Assembly: GCA_051294375.1 (NCBI GenBank) | Contig: JBJCIZ010001425.1 | Coordinates: 1 to 6,732 of the forward strand | Direction of reading: 5' to 3' | Source of the DNA: Paraspadella gotoi | Lineage: Eukaryota; Animalia; Chaetognatha | DNA: 6,732 nt | Shown here: piece after piece, positions 1 to 6,732 of the stretch | Numbering within the stretch: position 1 is the first letter of the stretch | Layout: every line of letters starts with the position of its first letter | Translations under genes and position numbers: made by a program | The notes under the pieces: model-generated | Seen by the model: only the letters and a program-made list of their open reading frames with translations | What the model was told of the DNA's origin: nothing | Databases searched by the model: none

Positions 1-98
1 TAAGTCCACGATTTTTTTCTTCTTTCGCTAATGAGGTCGACAAAAAAGACTAAATGACTTTAACGCAGCCTAAGGGTCAGGCACCAGGATATTTTCAT

Positions 99-189
99 TC
101 TCTCTCCTCTTTCTCTCTCTCTCTCTCTCTTCTTCTTCTCTCTCTTCCTCTCTCTCTCTTCTCTCTTCTCTCTCTCTCTCTCTCACTCT
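99..189. repeat. Imperfect (CT)n microsatellite
   Basis: Directly visible TC dinucleotide run with occasional extra T or C interruptions. Confidence 0.95.
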
Positions 190-642
190 ACTTGGAGAAG
201 GGTTGAAAAAGCGATAGACGAGTAATGAGTTTGATTTTTAAAGTTTTTCGATTTTTCTAAAACATTTTTTTTTAAACCGAATTATTATATTCTTCCTATC
301 CGATCACGACGCAGTATTGAGGACAGAACATAAAATTATAAATCATACTTAAACACAAATAAAACCAGAAAAAAATAAACATATGACGTTCGTAAAACTA
401 CGCCGTCACTGTTCCAAACTCTTATTTCAACGCCCCCCTACCCACTCCCACCCTCTCGCCTTCCCTCGTTCCGCCAGAGACGCCTTTAGCCACCAACGCC
501 GCATTTGGCACGCCGCCCCCAACGCCCCCCACCCGCCGTCAGAGACGGCCGCCCGCCCCGACCTCATAATGGCCAAAAAATTCATTTTAAAGGAATTCTT
601 TGTCCTTGGTTAATAAAAAAGATGCATCAAAGCAAAAAAGGT

Positions 643-675
643 AGGAGGAGGAGGAGGAAGAGGGAGGAGGAAGAG
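643..675. repeat. Short imperfect (GGA)n purine tract
   Basis: aggaggaggaggaggaagagggaggaggaagag read directly from the sequence. Confidence 0.7.
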
Positions 676-754
676 CCCGATAAGGAGATGACGATCACCG
701 GCGGACGAAATTGCATATTCAGTTTCATCGGAAAGCTGAATGGAAGAAGTAATC

Positions 755-1367
755 GAGAGGAGAGAGCAGAGAAGAGAATGAGAAGAGAGAGAGGAGAGGA
801 GAGAAGGAGGAGGGAGCGGAGAGATGAGAGATGTGAGGAGAAGGAGTGATGCGGACGGAGCATCAGGAGGGGAGAGCGAGAGGAGAGTGACAGAGGAAAG
901 CGAGAGGAGGGAGAGGAGGGGAGAGAGGAGGGAAGGGGGGCGGAATGGAATGGAGCGAGACGGGGAGGAGGAGAGGGGGGGGAGGAGAGGCGAGGGGGCC
1001 GAGAGGAGCAGGAGGGAGGAGCGTAGGGAGAAGAGGTGGAGGGGAGCGGGGAGAGGAGGGGAGAGAGAGAGAGAGGACCGAGGGAGAGACGGAGGAGGGA
1101 TGACCGAGAGGCGAGCGCGAGCGCAGAGAGAGAGGAGCGAGGGAGAGACGGAGACGGGGGAAGGAAGCCGTGAGGCGCGGGGAGGGGAGACGCCGACGCC
1201 GAGGAAGGGAGAGAGGCGGAGGCGAGGGGGGTGGGAGACCTTGCGAGGGGAGGCGGAGAGGACGGGACGGCAGCAGAGGCGCGAGAGGAGAGGAGAAGAC
1301 GAGAAACGGGAAGAGGCGGAGAGGAGAGGAGGGTGACGGATGAGGGGACGGAGACGAGAGAAGAGGA

Positions 1368-1400
<33 letters not shown>

Positions 1401-1411
1401 GTATAGAGGAG
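755..1411. repeat. Long degenerate (GA)n / polypurine low-complexity tract
   Basis: About 650 nt of almost only G and A on the + strand with scattered C/T. It resolves into clean GAGAGA near 1370-1400. It generates the spurious R/E/G-rich (+) and S/L/P-rich (-) ORFs. Confidence 0.9.
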
Positions 1412-1545
1412 AAAATTTACTTTCTTCGATTTCATAATTTTAAAATTTTTCAAAAAGCCGTTTTTTAGCTCACACGCTTACGGGTCTCACCTATAAACGG
1501 GGTAATTATCGTTTCACTCACCTTTTTTTCCTCACCCTGGGTTAG

Positions 1546-1592
<47 letters not shown>
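1546..1592. repeat. Perfect (GTC)15 trinucleotide microsatellite
   Basis: 1546-1590 is 15 uninterrupted GTC units, followed by GT. Confidence 0.97.
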
Positions 1593-1666
1593 GGGTTTTT
1601 CCCTCGGGTCTCCCCCTCTCGCAAAGTTCGCCATTAATTAGAGTTTTTTCGACAACGTCGGTTTCG

Positions 1667-1667
1667 G

Positions 1668-1733
<66 letters not shown>
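1667..1733. repeat. (GA)n microsatellite
   Basis: Near-perfect GA run with two GG interruptions. Confidence 0.97.
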
Positions 1734-1792
1734 TAAACTCGACCAGTTTCTACTCATTTCATCATAGCTATTTCCGCTCTCAATAAATAGCA

Positions 1793-1888
<96 letters not shown>
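1793..1888. repeat. (TC)n microsatellite, perfect (TC)45 from 1799
   Basis: Uninterrupted TC run at 1799-1888 with a short imperfect lead-in. Confidence 0.97.
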
Positions 1889-1891
<3 letters not shown>

Positions 1892-2317
1892 TTGCCTTCT
1901 CTTCCGTGCCATCTAAACGATTATCTCAGGAAAAAAAGATTTGAAGGATCATCTTTTGAATCTCATTTTTTATCATTTTTTTTCACTTTTAACTTTTTTT
2001 TTTTAATCTAAAAACGACTCTTTTATTTGAAGTCTTAATTTTCAATCTCTTTCTCTAATGATTTTTTTTCCCCGTAATTAAAAATGAGTGTCTAATCGAT
2101 TTAAAATAGATGAGACAATGACACTTTTATACAAATATAACTTTAATAAAAAAATTTTATTTAATTTTTAAAATTTTCTCCCCCACGATTTGTTCTCTTC
2201 CCAATCCATTTCTCTTTCTACCTCCTTCCAACTTTCCGTCCCCCTACCTTAATCCTTACCCCCCCACCCACCCCCCTCACTTTCGCGGTCATCCTTCACC
2301 GCCGCCACAACGTCATC

Positions 2318-2326
2318 CAGGTAAGT
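2318..2326 (+). other. Candidate spliceosomal 5' splice donor (CAG|GTAAGT)
   Basis: Exact match to the canonical U2-type donor consensus, with GT at 2321-2322. It lies at the boundary between a C-rich segment and AT-rich, microsatellite-bearing sequence. Function is not demonstrated. Confidence 0.4.
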
Positions 2327-2440
2327 CTCATCAAGCGCTTTTTTGCCTTTTATTGTTAAAACGAATAACACATTTCGATTAATAACAATCACGAAGAAGG
2401 TGAAATTTATTACGAGGACGATGACAGAGGCGTATTGGAA

Positions 2441-2521
<81 letters not shown>
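2441..2521. repeat. (CT)n microsatellite
   Basis: Near-perfect CT run with one interruption near 2464. Confidence 0.97.
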
Positions 2522-2523
<2 letters not shown>

Positions 2524-2830
2524 CCACGCGCCGCCTTTTTCCCCTCGACTTTGTCACGGCGTCGAGGGTGTAAATTCTATGTTTAGCTCTTTTCATCTCC
2601 GCGAATCTTTTTATCACTCGCGCTCCTTTCTCCGGTTTCAGTCGTTGTTGTTGTTCAGATTGTTCATGCGGTAATATTGTTAACTGAGTCAATAGTTGAA
2701 TATTAAATGTTAGTTACGATATAATTGTTCAATTGCTTACACCCGCTACTATTTAAATATAGTTTAACAATGTATTAAAGGAAGTAAAGAGAAAATTGTA
2801 AAAAACACTGGTCGACAACGAACGTGCGAA

Positions 2831-2873
2831 GACGACGACAACGACAACACGACGACGACGACGACGACGACGA
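2831..2873. repeat. Imperfect (GAC)n/(AAC)n trinucleotide microsatellite
   Basis: gacgacgacaacgacaacac followed by perfect (GAC)7 at 2851-2871. Confidence 0.9.
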
Positions 2874-2998
2874 GAATCGGTCGAGGCGTGATGGCGGCGG
2901 GGATTTTTGATTGATGAACAAGAGGCAATTAACTATTTACTATATTTGCCTCGAATCTTGTTTTTCAAAACGCATTTTGAATTGCAATCGAAGCTCAG

Positions 2999-3002
<4 letters not shown>

Positions 3003-3080
<78 letters not shown>

Positions 3081-3086
3081 CTCTCT
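3003..3086. repeat. (CT)n microsatellite
   Basis: TC run with a few TTC interruptions. Confidence 0.96.
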
Positions 3087-3375
3087 GCGTCGTAATTGAG
3101 AGAAAGAATCTCATTCTTGAAATGCGAGATAAAAATAAGAATAAAAAACAAAAGTTAAAATAAGAAAAAGAAAAAAGAAAAGAATGAATCGTCGCTGTTG
3201 TCGTCTCAATCAAGTCAAGACTGGATTATATAGCTTCGCAAACGTTAATGTTTAACGGTAATAAGGCATTCATAGTCAATAATTACTTGTTTTCCACATT
3301 ATTTTTTATCTTTTTTAAAATTTGAAAGTACAAACGGAAAAAAAAAAAATTGATTAAAGCGTAATAAAGGTAAAC

Positions 3376-3435
3376 AGTTAGTTATTAGTAGATTAGTTTA
3401 TTAGTTAGGTTTAGTTAGTTAGTATTTAGTTAGTT
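3376..3435. repeat. Degenerate (TTAG)n tetranucleotide repeat
   Basis: agttagttattagtagattagtttattagttaggtttagttagttagtatttagttagtt read directly from the sequence. Confidence 0.8.
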
Positions 3436-4144
3436 TCATCAATATTGTTGGTCAATTATATTTAAAAACGGTCAGCGAACTCATCCGCGAGTCCGTTGAA
3501 AATGTTTTGCCTTCAAACAAAAACAGTAAAAAAAACAAGAAAGGAAAAAAAAAGTTAAAATGATTTCGGAAAGGGCAATTCAAAAAAAAAGAATAATAGA
3601 TCATTCGATCAGTATAAAAAGCGAAAAAAAAAGTTGATTTATCTTTTTCAAAACGAATTTTTTTTTTCATTTGTTTAATTTTCGAGTCGAAATTGCCGCC
3701 ACCAAAAAAAATTTCTCCCACTCCATCTCTCAGCAAAATGTAATCCTCTACGTCCCATTCACCCTTAACAGCCAACCCACCTTCGCCCCTAAATATTCAT
3801 ATTCATAAAACGTTTTCTAATTTAAATTTTTAAATTAATTTTTTTTTAAATTAACGTTTTTTTAAGCCACGAGAATAAAAAATGTTTCCAATTCGACTTC
3901 ATTTTTTTGTCAATGACAGAACACCCTCTTTTAACTTGATCCACTTTTTGTAATCGTCCGACTTGCACCTACAACTAACCTCAACATCCCCGAGCTTTAA
4001 ACCTTTAAATCGGGTGCTTCTAAAAATTTCCTTACTTTTTCCCCACCCTACTCTTGACGCCGTACCGCCCGGTCTGTCGCTAACCGCATCTCTCTTTCCC
4101 TATCCCCTCTTTCACTTCGTAGAAACCCACAACATTGATCACCC

Positions 4145-4286
4145 TAAACCATCACATCGTCCCGTAGAATCCTCATTTTTTCCTTCATCACTCACCTTCA
4201 ACGTAAACCCTAACCTCGTCCCATAAACACCCTTTTCATCCCTCGACCCTCACTCTCACCCTTAAACCCTCGCCTCGTCCCGTAAA
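4145..4286. repeat. Degenerate tandem repeat, 59-bp period, three copies of a conserved ~24-bp core
   Basis: TAAACC starts at 4145, 4204 and 4263, and TCGTCCC at 4157, 4216 and 4275. Cores are TAAACCATCACATCGTCCCGTAGA, TAAACCCTAACCTCGTCCCATAAA and TAAACCCTCGCCTCGTCCCGTAAA. Confidence 0.75.
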
Positions 4287-5028
4287 AAAACCCCGTTGTA
4301 TCTCTCCAAACCTTCGAGGACGAGATATCGTAACGATTCTCGTAAAAGCCGAACTTCTTTCGATTCGCGAGAAACGAGAAAGACGCGTCGTAAATTGAGA
4401 AAAGAGAAAAAAAATTGAACGAAGCGATCGAGTCAAACGATTATCGATCGTAATTCTTTCGTCATCCTTTGCCATTTTATTGATTATTTTTATGTTGTGT
4501 TGTTTGTAAAATGTACACGGCTGTAATTCGAATGTACTCAAACTCGGGGTTTCTTGTTACGTGCTGATATTGACTTCAACGTATCGTTTGAAAATAAATC
4601 AACATTCATTTTGTAATATTATTTTACAAACACAAGTTACAGTCGTGACATTAAACAATTCAAATGGGTGTTTTGAGAATGTGACATTACTCTGGCTGCC
4701 GTGAAACTTCGTCTCCCTCCATCTTGATTGACCAGTGGTCATTTTTTCTTGCGGCCTTTGACCTCTAAGAGAGAGATGGAAGATGTAATTGACAAACTTC
4801 TTGAGCTTTCTCTGCTGCGCGGAACGATTTAGAATTTTGGATTGGAACGTGCGGATCGATTTTTTCCCGGCTCGGGAGAAATAGAAATAAATAATATGAT
4901 ATCCGGCTTTCAATAGACTGGAAATGGAGGAGAAATTGGTTAGTTTCGCTTTGCCATCGGATTTTTGTTTTGTGTTGGTAAATTAATTTAACTGATTTTT
5001 ACTCATCTTTCTTTTGTCTATGTTAGCG

Positions 5029-5060
<32 letters not shown>

Positions 5061-5146
5061 CCTAGCTCTACGTCTCTGCTCGTCTCTCGTCTCTCTACTC
5101 CTCTCTCATACTGATCTCTCTTCATCTCGTCCATCTGCTCTCTCTA
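5029..5146. repeat. (CT)n microsatellite decaying into an interrupted form
   Basis: Perfect TC to about 5057, then a TC backbone with frequent single A/G insertions. Confidence 0.88.
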
Positions 5147-5239
5147 ATCATACGCCGACACTGCTTCGCGACGTGTATTAAGTGGAAATTTACGCGAAGC
5201 GATTTATCCGCTCCAACTTCTGTCGAGTTCGACGTAAAT

Positions 5240-5406
5240 TCTCTCTCTCTGACTCCTCTCTCATCTCTCATCCTCTCTCTCTCATCATCTCATCTCCTCT
5301 CTCTCTCTCTCTCATCTCTCTTCTGCTCTCTCCTCTTCCGCTCTCATCTGCTTCTATGCTGCGATTTCATCTCTACTCTCTCTCTCCTTCATCTCTCTTG
5401 CTCTCC
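5240..5406. repeat. Degenerate (CT)n tract
   Basis: TC backbone with repeated single-base interruptions such as tctcatctct and tctgctctc. Confidence 0.88.
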
Positions 5407-5541
5407 AAATAAAAAGTAAGGAATTAGCTTTTCTCGAGCATCCCAATGGCATCGGCGCAGTGAAGAAAAGGAAAAAAAAGATTGACAATGCCTTTATTTT
5501 CATTCAAGTAATTTATTTTTTCTTTTTTTTTTTCGTCTCAG

Positions 5542-5946
5542 CGAAAACGTTTTTTATTTAATTTAACGTCGCGCAACGAGACATTTTGCGCTTGGGCGTT
5601 TCCAGCTGAGGCTTCTGCGGCGCGGCAAAGTCGGCGGCGTAGGCGCCAAGGGGCGATCGACGACGACGCGAACGACTCCGACGAGACGTTTGGAACTTCA
5701 CATAAACAAAAAGCGGAAAACAAATAAGCAAAGTGGACAGGGGTGAAAAAAATTGTAGTTTGAAAACCGCAAGGAGAAGCGAACAGACGGGACGAACGTG
5801 ACGTACGACGACGAGACACGATGACGGCGACGACGAGCGGCGACGGTACGAACGCCGATTTAGACGTTAACAGACCCTGACTAAGAAGGAAAGGCGAGGA
5901 AACCTGCTTAAACATCCAGCGAACGAGCCGAGTTTCCTCTGGAATG
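5542..5946 (+). other. Candidate internal exon (error-ridden or pseudogenised); weak resemblance to a TGF-beta/BMP propeptide
   Basis: Preceded by a long polypyrimidine tract and CAG acceptor (AG at 5540-5541). Followed by ATG|GTAAAT (GT at 5947-5948). It is 405 nt long and GC-richer than its flanks. No single frame is open: the frame from 5542 has stops at 5725, 5761 and 5878. The protein resemblance is by eye only. Confidence 0.3.
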
Positions 5947-5956
5947 GTAAATAGCG

Positions 5957-6051
5957 GAGAGAGAGAGAGAGACGAGAGAGAGAGAGAGAGAGGGAGAGAG
6001 AGAGAGAGAGAGTAAGAGAGAGGAGAGAGCAGAGGAGAGAGAGAGAGAGAG
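5957..6051. repeat. Imperfect (GA)n microsatellite
   Basis: GA run with a few single-base interruptions. Confidence 0.95.
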
Positions 6052-6224
6052 TTAGTAATATCAAACTAGTGAAGAGTACTCCACACTGAAATATAAATTA
6101 TTCTTTTATCGATTTTATTTTTATTTAACATTTTGAACCGAGTTTTTTTATTGTATTACATTAATAAACCCACATAAAAAGTGTAGTCCGTCGATTACGA
6201 CGAATTTTCGGCATCGTAAACCCC

Positions 6225-6244
6225 GGGAGATAGAAGAGAGAGAC

Positions 6245-6283
<39 letters not shown>

Positions 6284-6380
6284 AGATAGAGAGAGATGAG
6301 AGAAAGAAAGACGAACGAGTTAGAGAGATGAGGAGAAGGACGAGACGGAGGAGAGAGAGAGAGAGAATGGAGAGAGAAGA
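6225..6380. repeat. Degenerate (GA)n tract
   Basis: Clean GA core at about 6249-6279 with interrupted GA on both sides. Confidence 0.88.
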
Positions 6381-6417
6381 ACAGGTAAGAAGGATAGTAA
6401 TACATCGCGCTTTGTTA

Positions 6418-6525
6418 AACAACTAACAACAACGACGAAAACACAACAACGTCATACGGCAATGATCGGTCGACGGATGATAGATAGATTGATGCACGAT
6501 GATGAATGATAACGGATGATGATGG
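6418..6525. repeat. Short degenerate (AAC)n followed by (GAT)n low-complexity stretches
   Basis: aacaactaacaacaacgacgaaaacacaacaac at about 6418-6450, and gatgatagatagattgatgcacgatgatgaatgataacggatgatgatgg at about 6476-6525. Confidence 0.55.
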
Positions 6526-6732
6526 ATTTCTTGCAAGACTCGCGTGAAAAAGTGTATTTGAGTTTCATTTATTGCGAGTCGAAGAGAATTGGTCAGAATG
6601 GCACCTGACCGGATAAGGACTGAAGGGCGCTGGAGATGGGGACGTGGTGAAATCAGCAGGGGGGTGTCTATGAGGCAGTTATATTTTTATTATAGAAAAG
6701 GGGAAAAGACAATATACGTCTGTTGAAACTAA

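Noticed and set aside
505-1453. ORFs 505-849, 627-863, 824-1336, 863-1453 and 1231-1437 as protein-coding genes
   Set aside because: They are translations of the polypurine tract, where stop codons are compositionally rare. They overlap in several frames and on both strands and show no recognisable domain.
2249-3213. ORFs containing ERERER or SLSLSL runs
   Set aside because: They are open only because they cross (CT)n microsatellites, which is a classic annotation artefact.
3376-3435. Telomeric repeat array (TTAGG or TTAGGG type)
   Set aside because: The unit is mostly TTAG with only a single TTAGG, and the tract is short and internal. The isolated CCCTAA motifs at about 4142 and 4208 belong to the 59-bp repeat.
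3452-3775. 107-aa minus-strand ORF as a gene
   Set aside because: It is F/K-rich because of poly-A/T tracts, has no ATG start and shows no recognisable motif.
4145-4286. CRISPR array (24-nt repeat plus 35-nt spacer geometry)
   Set aside because: There are only three cores, which differ at several positions and lack dyad symmetry. The linkers resemble each other, no cas genes are present, and the context is eukaryote-like.
4321-4342. Short imperfect palindrome CGAGATATCG-TAA-CGATTCTCG as a regulatory hairpin
   Set aside because: It is short and bulged and lies in a CG/AT-palindrome-prone stretch, so it is expected by chance.
4861-4881. Hairpin TTTTTCCCG-GCT-CGGGAGAAA as an intrinsic terminator
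   Set aside because: There is no credible upstream prokaryotic gene, the stem is short, and the context is not bacterial.
5182-5412. 76-aa plus-strand ORF
   Set aside because: Most of it is the translation of a degenerate CT tract.
5538-5915. 125-aa minus-strand ORF as a gene
   Set aside because: It has no recognisable family. The splice signals at both ends of this segment point to the + strand, so it is more likely an antisense shadow ORF, though not formally excluded.
5867-6422. Minus-strand ORFs 5867-6064, 6148-6405 and 6195-6422
   Set aside because: They are SL-repeat translations of the GA tracts.
1-6732. Whole-window foldback (self-inverted chimeric read)
   Set aside because: The unique segments between microsatellites do not match each other in reverse complement beyond the weak 1424/2986 similarity, and tract positions are not symmetric about one centre.

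Overview
The window looks like AT-rich, microsatellite-dense eukaryotic genomic DNA, not a prokaryotic locus. I see no operon, recognisable prokaryotic gene, RNA gene, CRISPR array or transposase. About a quarter of it is (GA)n/(CT)n, with additional (GTC)n/(GAC)n, (TTAG)n, (AAC)n and (GAT)n tracts and many A/T homopolymers. Several GA/CT tracts decay into insertion-riddled versions of themselves, which suggests an error-prone long read or an unpolished assembly. Nearly all supplied ORFs are repeat-derived (ERER/SLSL) or composition-driven. The best non-repeat leads are three: (i) a splice-site-bounded 405-nt segment at 5542-5946 whose frameshifted translation weakly resembles a TGF-beta/BMP prodomain motif; (ii) a hidden 59-bp-period triple repeat at 4145-4286 that may encode a KPSPRPV-like peptide repeat; (iii) complementary microsatellites arranged so they could pair in DNA or pre-mRNA. 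All three are low-confidence. I cannot support a claim of a novel system from this sequence alone.
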